Shown here in pieces: positions 35,629 through 45,349 of a DNA stretch of 64,000 nucleotides. The position numbers and the translations under genes are program-made. Within the stretch, counting starts at the first letter, position 1. Each line of letters opens with the position of its first letter. Under the pieces are notes generated by a model that saw nothing but the letters and a program-made list of their open reading frames with translations, made no database searches and had not been told where the DNA came from. This stretch comes from Blastocladiella emersonii ATCC 22665 (Eukaryota; Fungi; Blastocladiomycota), in contig JANHCV010000001.1 of the NCBI GenBank assembly GCA_025594325.1, positions 3,596,001 to 3,660,000 on the forward strand. The letters are read 5' to 3'.

Positions 35629-37805
35629 ATGTCCATCTCGACGCTGGACGACCCCGGCTTCGGCAACCCGTGGGCCGACGAGTCTGCGCCCGCCGTGCCT
35701 GCTGCTCCGACTGCCGTTGCACCGGCGGCCGCTGCAACGTCCACGGGCGACGTGAGCGCGGCACCCGCCCAGTTCAACGCCTTTGGTACGGGGTCTCGCA
35801 CCTCGCACCGCACCGTGCCTCGTCCTCGTCGCGAGCCTGACCCCGCGCTTCTCGACTGGGTTTAGCTGATCCCGCGCCCTTCACGAGCGCGAGTGCGAGT
35901 GTGAGCAACGGCGCCAGCCCGCTCGGCTCGAACACCAACCTCGCCGACAAGCACGGCTCGCAGCTCGACATCTTCCAGAGCCTGCCGTCGCTCGCTGCTG
36001 CCACCGCGACCGCGTTGCCCACTACGCCGCAGACCGTGACCGTCGACCCGGCGTTTGTCGCCCTGCCCATCGCCTCGCCCGCCAGCGCATCGCCATCGGG
36101 CCCCTCGGCGTTCGGCCAGTTTGACGGACTGGACGCATTTGCCTCGGCACCCGCACCACCTACTACCACCGCGGCACCATCGACGACGACGGCCGACGCG
36201 GGCTTCTCGGCGTTCGGGTCCGACGACGACCCGTTCGGCCTCGGCACCGCCGCCGCTCCTGCGCCTGCTGCGCCACCCGCTGCGGCGACCGCGCCAGCCG
36301 ACGACCCGTTCGCCGGCTTCAGCGCCGCCTTTGACTCGAGTCTACCCGCCCCCGCTCCCGTGGTCCCGACCAAGGATGCCGACGTCGATCTCTTTGCCCC
36401 GCCCGCCCCTCCCGCACCATCCGAGCCCGCTGCTGCGCCCGAGCCAACGACCACCGCCACGGACGCGTTTGGCGCTTTCGGCAGCGACGCGGGGGACGCG
36501 TGGACGACTGCCGCGCCCGCTGCTGCTGCGCCAGTCGACGCTGCCGCGGTACCCGCTGCGGCCACCGCCGACAACGAGTTTGCCTTTGTCGACGCACCTC
36601 TCGCACCGCCGGCTGCTGACGCGCCTGTGGCAACCAACGACGACTTTGGCGTCTTTGACGCGGCTCCCGCCCCCGCGCCAGCAGCTCCGCCAGCACCCGC
36701 CGCCGATGACGACTTTGGTTTCTTTGACGCCGCGCCTGCACCCGCTCCTGTCTCGCGCGACGTGACCACCGCCACCGATGACGATGACGGGTTCGGCGAC
36801 TTTGGCGGCTTCTCGACCGGCACCACCGCCGCCGCGGGCCAGGGCGGCACCGGCGACGACGATTTCGGCGACTTTGGCGATTTCTCGACCGGCGCGGCAA
36901 CCACGGCCGCGGATGACGACTTTGGCGCGTTCGGGACCCCCGCCGCACCCGCGGCCGCCGCACCACCAGCGCCGGTCCCGGCCCCCGTGCCCGCGATCCC
37001 CGCCCTCCCCGCGGTCCTCGGCCACCTGTCGCTCGGCACGCTCCCGACCACGGGCGTGTTTGACCTGCAGTCCTTCCTCGCCGAGGGCCCCGGCGCCACC
37101 CCCGTCACTTCATCCATGGTCCCAGTCCCGACGCTGCACGTCGGCAGCACGTACACCTCCCCTGGCGAGGGCCACGAGTACGCGCGCGTGTCGCTGAACC
37201 CGCAGTTTGCGCGGCACGCGTATTTCGCCGACTTCCAGCGCCTGGCCGGCGAGCCGCTGTTCGACGAGAACATCAACCAGCGGATCCGGTGGCGCCGGTC
37301 GCTCGCCAAGAAGCTGTTCCTCGCCGCGCTCGACGTGCCCGTCGACTACGACGACGCCCGTGACGACGCGCGTGCGCGGACCGAGCGCAAGATCAAGGCC
37401 GCGGGGGCCTCGCCGCCGGCGGTCGCGACGACCAACATTGGTGGCGGGTCCTCGTCCAACCAGGCGCTCGCGGGTACCCCTGCCGCGGACCCGGGCCAGA
37501 TCCCGCTACCTGTATCGGTGCTGTCCCCGGCGTCGCCGCTGCCGAACCTCGAGACGCTGGCGGCGCTGGCGGCGCTGTCCGAGGACGAGCTGCGCGGCAA
37601 ACCCGACCGCGAGCTCGCGGAGCTGCAGCAGATCCTGGCGCACGCGGTGCAGGGCCTGCACGCGCAGATCAACTACTTCCTCGACGCGCGCGAGCAGCTG
37701 CAGCTCGACGCCGAAATGCACAACAAGATGATCAGCGTGCTCGTCCAGCAGGCGCAGAAGTCGCACCAGCGGCTCAAGAAGGGGTCGCCGCCCAAGCGCA
37801 AGTAG
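35629..37805 (+). CDS. AP-1 accessory protein, Laa2/YBL010C-like, with many DFGxF adaptor-ear motifs; 2 exons
   Basis: Repeated DDFGVF, DDFGFF, DGFGDFGGF, DDFGDFGDF, DDFGAF motifs. C-terminal WRRSLAKKLFLAALDVPVDYD followed by a coiled coil (LQLDAEMHNKMISVLV). Intron 35786-35865. Confidence 0.65.
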
Positions 37806-37874
37806 TTGGGCGATGGTTTAACACATGTGGATGGTCTAATTGTTGCTACTACGATGCTAAGTACATAATACTCG

Positions 37875-38712
37875 TCATGCCTCGACGCGCTCGCCGCCCT
37901 CGTCCTGCGCGGCCTCAAGCTCGGCGATCCGCGCGCGCAGCCGCGCCATGGCCGCCTCGTACTTGGCGATCTGAACCCCATTCCGCGCGACCTGGTCGTC
38001 GAGCGAGGCGAGGAACTCGGCGTCGGTCAGCATGCGCACGGGGAGCCACTTGGTGTTGACCATGACGTCGTTGGCCTGCGCGCGGAGGCTCTCGAGGAAC
38101 GACGGCTGCTTCCTCTCCTCATCCCCCTCCTGCCGGTGCTTCCACAGCAACACCTCCTGGCGCGTGTGCCGCGCCCACGTCACGGTCGCCTGGCCGAGCC
38201 CCGCGACGCCCGCCGCGACGAGCGTCGCCGGGACCAGCCCGCGCCGCCCGTACACGAGCAGCGTGCTCACCGCGCCGGTCCCCGCGCCCGCGCCGATCGA
38301 CGCCAGCAGCGCGTGCCGGTCCTGCGCCGTCGAGCCTTCGCCGAGCTCGGCGGTCGCGACGGCCCGGTTGATCATGTACCGCGAGGCTACACGAGATGGC
38401 AGTTAGCGAGGGCGGGAGGGAACGACGGGGGGTCCGTAGTGCGCACAGAAGAAGCCGAGGCCGATGCTGCCCCACATGAACGCCATGCCGGCGGCCGTGG
38501 GCGCGACGGGGAGCCGCTTGTACGCACCCGTCACGAGGCCGACGCCGTACCCGGCGACCGCTACGGGGAGGGCGGGTGTGAGGACTCGGCGCGAGTACCT
38601 GGACCGAATCGGCCGTACTCGCAACGACGCTGTTCTGCACGATGCTCAGCGGCGGAGCGCCCGCCGGCTTGGCTGCCGTCTGTTGCTGCGTGTTAGCGGG
38701 TTCCGCTTGCAT
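37875..38712 (-). CDS. Tim17/Tim22-family-like membrane protein; 3 exons
   Basis: Gly-rich TM helices (VAGYGVGLVTG, ASIGAGAGTGAV, GVAGLGQ) and a C-terminal KWLPVRMLTDAEFLASL coiled coil. Two GT-AG introns keep the frame. Confidence 0.65.
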
Positions 38713-38843
38713 GGTGTTACTCTCGCGATTCATGGGATGTCGGTGTGACGAGAGGAGCAGCGACCAGTCGAGGCCGCCGTCAACACGACTCGTCGCCGCG
38801 CGTCGTCCTCACTCTCCCCTCAACCGATACTAAACGTAAACTA

Positions 38844-39473
38844 ATGCTATCACTTCCAAGCTCCACAAGCCCGCGCTTCCTGGCCGTCTGCGCGCTACTC
38901 GCCGTGCTATGGCCACTGGCCGTCCCGCTGTTCCTCCCGGGTCTCGCCATCACGGCCGTCGCGCTCGGGCTCGGCGCTCTGGTCCTCGCCGGCCTCGCAC
39001 TCCAAACCGTCGCGGCGTCGGCATGGTCGCTTGCGACGCTCGCCGCCAAATCGCTCGTCGGCACGCTGTTCGCCGCGACGCAGGCCGTGACGCGGCCCGT
39101 GCGCCGCAAGCCGCCGACGAAGCGCGCGCGCCGCCTGAGCTTACGTGGAGACCGCGTCGACGCGCTGTACCGCGGGTTCATGCCGCCATCGCGTAGCGAT
39201 GACCTGGATGCGGGCGCGCTCGCGGTCGCGGTCGCGGTCTCGGTACCGGGGAGTCGCCGGAACAGCGGCCGCCGAGTGGGCGCCGCGGGCGCGGCTGTCG
39301 CGAAGCTCGCCGTCGAGTCGCTCCCGCTGCCCGCGGCGGGGTCGTCGTGGGACGGGGCCACGGGAGGAGGAGGTCTCATGGCGCGGAAACCGTCGACGAC
39401 GGATCTCGGGCACCGGCTCAGCGTCGCGACCACGGGCATCGGGAACGAGATGCCGCCGATGCGCAGCGCGTGA
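38844..39473 (+). CDS. Uncharacterised protein with a long hydrophobic N-terminal hairpin
   Basis: A ~65-residue, almost uncharged stretch (FLAVCALLAVLWPLAVPLFLPGLAI...LFAA) followed by a basic/low-complexity tail. Codon bias resembles host genes. Confidence 0.55.
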   Translation: MLSLPSSTSPRFLAVCALLAVLWPLAVPLFLPGLAITAVALGLGALVLAGLALQTVAASAWSLATLAAKSLVGTLFAATQAVTRPVRRKPPTKRARRLSLRGDRVDALYRGFMPPSRSDDLDAGALAVAVAVSVPGSRRNSGRRVGAAGAAVAKLAVESLPLPAAGSSWDGATGGGGLMARKPSTTDLGHRLSVATTGIGNEMPPMRSA

Positions 39474-39546
39474 GCTCGTAACCCATGCTGGTCTGGACTT
39501 CTCTCTCCATTGACTCTTGCAATATACCCCCGCCTCCAATGATCCA

Positions 39547-41874
39547 TTACAACGACCCGGCGCGTCGCGCCGCCGAGACCGCGCCGAACGAGCGCGAGTA
39601 CGACCCAGGCCGGATCCGGCCCATGGTCGCCGCCGCCGCCCTACCCCCCGGCACGCCGCCCCAGACCGCGGTACACACGCGCAGCCAGCACCGGATACTG
39701 CACAGGTCCCACGCGACGGGGACAAAGTTCCCGACGCACGCCTGGACCGCCGTGAACGTGATAGCGTCCGCGTCCTCGTCCTGCGGCGACCACCGGTAGA
39801 TGCCGCCCTTGCACGACCCGCACGTGCCGCGCGGCACCGTCAGCGCCAGCAGCAGCGGCGTCGGCAGGATCTGGAACACGCAGTAGTGCGCGTACGCCGA
39901 CGGAGGGCTCGGGATCGACATGCTCGCAAACGACGAGGCCGTGGACCCGAGTGTCGACGACGTGGACGCGGGCGATGGGAGCTGTGCGAGCGGCGTTGGG
40001 AGCGACGCGGCGCGCGGCGTCGCGGGCGGCATCCCCGCGCACAGCGGCTGCGATGCCGCCGCGGACCCGCGCCGCATTGTTGGAGACAGGGACGGGATCA
40101 GCTGGCTCGACATGGACATGGACGACGTCGACGACCCGGACCCCGCGGATGTCGCGACGTGCAGCTGCATGGTCGCGCGCGGCCGCGTCCGCGCCATCCC
40201 CGCACGCACGGCCGCCGTGCCCGGCGTGGACGTCTGCCCGTGGGCCGGTGGCGGCGACATGGCCTGGTCGATGCCCGTGGTCGTGGACGCCGAGTGCCAC
40301 GTCGACATGGTCGAAGCCGAGGGGGACACGGCGGCCGGCGCGCCTTTCCCCGCGGGCGCGATCGCGGGCGTCGAGATGGCGTGGATCCGGCCAAACGAGA
40401 CGCGTGTCGGCGACCCGCGGCCCGACTTGCGCGACGGCGCGGGCGGTGGGGAGAAGAGGCTGCGCGACGAGTCGAACGTGTCGCTGTCGTCCTGGTCGCG
40501 GTTGCCGTGGTCCCGGCTGCGGTCGTCGTCGTCGGAACTCGCGCTCATGGGCAGCGGCGACAGCTCGTCGACCGACACATCATCGGCGGCCGCGGCGCGC
40601 TCGTTGACGTCGTCGTGGTGGTGCGCGAGGACCGCGCCGACGTGGTCGCGGACCTTGGCCCACACGGTGCGCGCGTAGTCGACGTCGACGCCCGACCCGG
40701 GCCGGCGCGCGATCCGGGACGCGACGGCGCGCGCAGTCGGCTCGCCGCAGTACGGGTCGCACTTCCACGTCACGTCGCCGGTCGCCAGGTCCACGGCGTC
40801 GGCCCAGTCGGCGATCCGACGCGCCACCATGGCCGCGGGGCTCTGGTCCGCGTCCCCGCTGTCGTCGTCGTCGGCCTCGTCGTCGCTGCTCGCCCAGTGC
40901 GTCTCGTGCGGCTTGCTGCTGCCGCCGCTGCCGCCGCGCCCGCCGCCTGCATGGTGATGGTGGTGGTGGTGGTCCGAGACCTGCGCGAGCCAGTGCTCAA
41001 TGACCGCGCGCGGTGCTCCGGCGGCCTGCAGCTCGGCGACGACGTGGCGCGTGACGCGGCGGTGCGACGGGACCTGGACACCGCGCGGGTGGCGGCAGAA
41101 CGCGTGGAGTCCGCGGGCGCGCAGTGCAGCGGCCGTCGCCTGGAGCGCCATGGTGCGGAGCGACGGCGGGTTGGCGATGGGCTGCAGGATGCGGCGGACG
41201 GCGGCGGGCTCCATGGCGGCGGCCTGCTGCGAGTCGAGCGGGATCGGCGCCGTGACCGCTGCCGCGCCCGCGGTCGCAGCGAACGGGCCGAGCGACGACG
41301 TGAACGGGTTGCCGTCGACCCACAGCCGGCGCAGCGAGCGCATGCCGAGCAGCGTCGCGGGGACCGCCGCGAGCTGGTTCTCGGACACGTCGAGGACCGC
41401 GAGCTGCGTACACCGGACCAGCGAGCACGGCAGCGTCGTCAGCGCGTTGCCCGCGAGGTGCAGCTCCTCGAGGTTCGCCAGGCACGCGACCATGGGCGAC
41501 AGCCGCGTCAGCCGGTTGTGCCCGACATTCAGCTCGCGCAGCTCCGTCAGCGACCACAGCGTCAGCGGCAGCGACGTGAGCCCGTTGCTCGACAGGTTGA
41601 GGACGCGGAGGTGCGCCGCGAAGAAGGGCACGTAGGTCGGCGGCACCAGCAACGTCGTGAGCGGCGGGTCGTGGTGCGCGCACGTCACCTCGCGTAGGTC
41701 CGTGCTTGCCGGCAGCGGCTGTGAACGCTGGTGCTCCCCGTTGGGCGCAAAGACTTCGAGGACTGCCGCGTCCGTCGCCTCGTGCTTGCGCAGCAGGCCG
41801 ACCACGCCCGTCAGTGGCGGCGACGCGGCCTGCTGCTGATGTTGCACTTGCTGATGTGGCGCTGATTGATCCAT
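39547..41874 (-). CDS. Leucine-rich repeat protein with an LRRC58/LRRC28-like C-terminal Cys motif; single exon
   Basis: About five LxxLxLxxNxL repeats (LRVLNLSSNGLTSLP, LRELNVGHNRLTRL, LEELHLAGNALTTLP...), then PPSLRTMA, a long disordered insert and CGSCKG...VPVAWDLCSIRC. Confidence 0.8.
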   Translation of the reverse strand: MDQSAPHQQVQHQQQAASPPLTGVVGLLRKHEATDAAVLEVFAPNGEHQRSQPLPASTDLREVTCAHHDPPLTTLLVPPTYVPFFAAHLRVLNLSSNGLTSLPLTLWSLTELRELNVGHNRLTRLSPMVACLANLEELHLAGNALTTLPCSLVRCTQLAVLDVSENQLAAVPATLLGMRSLRRLWVDGNPFTSSLGPFAATAGAAAVTAPIPLDSQQAAAMEPAAVRRILQPIANPPSLRTMALQATAAALRARGLHAFCRHPRGVQVPSHRRVTRHVVAELQAAGAPRAVIEHWLAQVSDHHHHHHHAGGGRGGSGGSSKPHETHWASSDDEADDDDSGDADQSPAAMVARRIADWADAVDLATGDVTWKCDPYCGEPTARAVASRIARRPGSGVDVDYARTVWAKVRDHVGAVLAHHHDDVNERAAAADDVSVDELSPLPMSASSDDDDRSRDHGNRDQDDSDTFDSSRSLFSPPPAPSRKSGRGSPTRVSFGRIHAISTPAIAPAGKGAPAAVSPSASTMSTWHSASTTTGIDQAMSPPPAHGQTSTPGTAAVRAGMARTRPRATMQLHVATSAGSGSSTSSMSMSSQLIPSLSPTMRRGSAAASQPLCAGMPPATPRAASLPTPLAQLPSPASTSSTLGSTASSFASMSIPSPPSAYAHYCVFQILPTPLLLALTVPRGTCGSCKGGIYRWSPQDEDADAITFTAVQACVGNFVPVAWDLCSIRCWLRVCTAVWGGVPGGRAAAATMGRIRPGSYSRSFGAVSAARRAGSL

Positions 41875-42166
41875 GTGTCAAGGTCAAGCTTGCCAACAGG
41901 AGAGCAGGGCAGGCGAGGAGAGGGGGCAAGCGGCCTGCTCGCGCCTGATCGGGGGACATTTGAGCGCGCCTCGCTCGTGGCCGTGACGCGTCTCGCAGTG
42001 AAATGAACGACGCGTCGCGTCAGCCGAAAACGCGTCGCTCATCCCTCAGTTACTCTCAGGAAGCGGCGGACGCGAGATTGGGCATGGTTTAGTTTTGAAG
42101 GCATGAGTTCGTTCCCGCAGAGGGCTATATTCCAACAACGAAGGAGCGAGCACGCATCGACACCGC

Positions 42167-43161
42167 TTAGGCGAGGACGGCGAACGAGCGCTGGGGGAAG
42201 TGCGTCGCCTTCTTCTGGGCCTTGACGGTCTTGATCTTCTTCTCCGAGGCGGTCAGGGCGCGGCGGATGGCGCGGGTCTTCTTGGCGCGGAGGTCCGTGG
42301 GGATGTACTTCTTGCCAGCGTACTGCTCGCGGACGGCAGCCTTGGTCTGCTGGTTGATGACGGTCAGAACGCGGGCAATCGAGCGGCGGACGTTGCGGCT
42401 AAAGATTTTGGGGGTGGGGTGGGGTGGCGCAGTCAGCACTCTGGTCTGGCTCGCGCGGGTGGCGAGCGGCCGCGCAGGGTTTCCCCCGGCCTCAAGGAAA
42501 TCGCAGTGACGACGCCGCACGGCGAAAATCCGCCGCGCAGAGTTCCGCTGGGCCGAGAGGAAACGCAGCGTCGCCAGAGCGACGAGAAAAAGGTACACAC
42601 ATCTCGAGGGGCTTCTGCTGCGACTGGCCAGACTGCTGCTTGACGCGCATGGCGAGCAGGTCGCGGCGGAGCTCGTCCAGCTGCTTGTTAAGCTCGGCCT
42701 TGTTCTTGCCGCGGAGCTCGAAGGTCTTGATCAGGCTCTACGGGAGCAAGAACCAAGACGCAGCGAGCAGCACGCAGAACAAGGACGCAGAGTAGGGTGT
42801 AGGTTCAGAGGTCCGAGAGGGACGGGCGAGCAGCGATTCGGCGCAGTGCGAGCGAGCGAGGCGGATGGTTGTTGGTGGTCACCGTGCGAGTTTCAGCGAA
42901 ACGGCGGCGATTCGTGCAGTTTCGAGTGCACATGCGAGCGTGCGGGCGAGCGAGCGAGCGAGCGGCGAGCGATAATTCCATGGTGCCGATAGCATCGAGG
43001 TATACACGGAGGGCGTGCGGGTGGTGGTGGTGGTGGGGCGGCAGGACGGCGAGGTCAGCGTTCGTGTCGCAGACGGTGGCCGCGCGTTTTCCGCCGTCTT
43101 CGTCTTCGTCGACGGCGGCGTTCGTTCGCGGGAAGTTACATGGGCGGCAGAAACTTGCCAT
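42167..43161 (-). CDS. RPL35: 60S ribosomal protein uL29 (L35); exons 43159-43161 (ATG), 42601-42737, 42167-42398
   Basis: M|SLIKTFELRGKNKAELNKQLDELRRDLLAMRV...I|RNVRRSIARVLTVINQ...KKYIPTDLRAKKTRAIRRALT...FPQRSFAVLA. The ATG follows a pyrimidine tract. Intron 1 is GC-AG (421 nt); intron 2 is 202 nt. Confidence 0.93.
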
Positions 43162-43727
43162 GGTGATTTTGGGACCGACCGAAAAGAAGGAGGCGGGCCG
43201 AACAGCGTGGCGGCTCAGCGGTTGAGGCCTGGCGGCGGGTCGTTGCTTTCAAAGTAAAAATGCGCCACGCACGTGTGAGGTTCAGCCACTTCGAAGGCTG
43301 GCGACCGCCTCCATCAGAACTCCCGTCCTCCATCCCTGCTACCTTGCATGTTCGCTTCTGAGCCTTAAGTTGGAACAAGCACCGTGGAGCGTGAAGGCTA
43401 CTCCGCTGGCCACTCGTGGCAACAACCGCTCGCTGTGGTGGCGCGCCTCGACGCTGGCCATCCATCGGCCTTCAAATCGCTGCCGCACCGCCTTGCTGCC
43501 TCGAACGACACGCTGTACTCACCAACTTGGAGGTGCCAGCAACTCGCCGTTACTGCTGTGACCTACCGAGCTGAGAACCAAGCTGAGAACGCCTCACGGC
43601 CCCGGTTTGAGGATTCCTGCCCCGCGCGACTCACTCGAGTGACTCGAGCTCAGCTGCTGGTCGGCGTGTTCGAGTTGATCGCGGACTCCTCTCGCCCCCT
43701 TGTGGCGGCGTCGACGGGGTCACTTGC

Positions 43728-43755
43728 GACCGACCGACCGACCGACCGACCGACC
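43728..43755. repeat. (GACC)7 microsatellite
   Basis: Seven perfect GACC units, upstream of the H3-variant gene. Confidence 0.9.
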
Positions 43756-43941
43756 GCCGCCTCCAAGTGAGGCTGAGCCACCTCGTGGGTCAGTGGCGGC
43801 GCTCTGGCGCTGTGGCGCCGAGCGAACAAGAACCGGCCTGAGCCGCGCCGGGTCCTCGCTCCCTGAGTAACCCGCAACCCATGCAACTTGAACCTCTCAG
43901 CGAGCCGTAACTTGCTGCACTATCTTCATCCAACACTCAAC

Positions 43942-44911
43942 ATGTCCGTGCCCGATCTCATCTGCGAGCTTGCGCCGTCTTGGGAGTCGGCCTTGAGCGG
44001 GAGGAGCCGAAGCAACCAAGTACTGATGCTCGCGCGCGTCACTTTTCGTGTCTGTAAAACGCAGGGCGCGTACTAAGCAGACTGCCAAGTACGTTGATGT
44101 CCAAACACGATCACTCTTGAGCGATCCCTGACACTTTGTCCCTCCCTCGCAGGAAATCCACGGGCGGGAAGCAGTCCCGAGTCATGGAGGCCCGCAAGTC
44201 GCTGCGAAGCTCGGGCCTGGTCACGAGCGAACCGCGCTTGGCTGGGCAGCTCGCTGCTCGCAAGGGTCCCATCATCACTGGGTACGCGACTTGATCCTGC
44301 TCGCGTGTGCACGTAATCTCGAAGCTCACGCTCGAACCACACTAGGGCCGCGCACTTCAAGGCTAAGCACGCCAACAAGTCCGTGAAGCGGATCGTGCCG
44401 CGGGCTAACCCGGGCCAGAAGGTGCGGCTGCCCCGAGTTATGACCGATTCCGACTCCATCTCACCTTCTCGCGATCTGTAGGCCCTGATCCAGATCCGCG
44501 ACCTCCAGCGTTCGACGAACCTGCTGATCCCGCGACGGCCGTTCCAGTCCCTGATCCGTACGTCCTACCAGCTGTTTGCCGAGCGTCCGCTCGATCTCAC
44601 ACTCGCCCTCCCGCCACGAACAGGTGAAACAATGCAGGAAGCCCTCCATGCGCTTCGCGGCACGGGCGTGGATTTTCGCATCCAGGCCACCGCGCTCGAG
44701 GCGCTGCAGGAGGCGTCCGAGGCGTTCCTGACGTCGCTATTCGAGGACGGTACGCACGCTGATCCGACTCTTGAGCATCTCTCGGAACTACAACTCACGC
44801 TTCTCGTCTGTAGCCAACCACTGCGCGATCCACGCCAAGCGCGTCACCGTGTTCCCCAAGGACATGCAGCTTGCGCGCCGCCTCGCTGGTCCCGTCCCTG
44901 GCGCTTTGTGA
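43942..44911 (+). CDS. Divergent histone H3 variant (CenH3-like fold), 176 aa; exons 43942-43943, 44065-44088, 44153-44281, 44346-44421, 44482-44557, 44624-44749, 44814-44911
   Basis: Spliced: [176 protein letters not shown]. Six GT-AG introns, all in consistent phase; the ATG is split AT|G. Confidence 0.88.
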
Positions 44912-45349
44912 GCGACTCCGCCCACACCTCGTCCCTCCCTCCCTCCATGTACCACGATCGATCTCCTTCTCTGCTCCACACACGCGCACAACGTATACAC
45001 GCTTGCTGGCGCAGCGCCCAAGGCTCAAATTTGTCACTCGCGCAATACAGCAATGAACCCGTCTCATGCCCTGTGTTCGCTCAGCCTTGATTGTCGATCT
45101 AGTTCACGGAGCGTTTATCCCGCAGCGACGGATGGACGGAACAGCTATAGCTTCACCCGCGCGGGAGTCGCATGTATCGCCTACGCCAAGCGGAGTGACG
45201 CGGCTCTCGCCCGTTCGACGATGTCGACAACTGTACGACGCCGCTACGACCGATACCACGAGTACACCGCTCGCTCGAGCGCGCTTCCGAACCCGTCATC
45301 CTGTCCGTCCCGACCACGGCGACGGCCACAGCTGCGATGCCCGCGATCC

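Noticed and set aside
38563-38617. Internal CCAG|GTACTC in a Tim17-like intron suggesting recursive or nested splicing
   Set aside because: The first sub-intron would be about 20 nt with no branch site, too short to be credible.
43384-43770. 128-aa ORF upstream of the H3 variant
   Set aside because: It starts at a non-ATG codon, lacks host codon bias, and ends in the GACC microsatellite.
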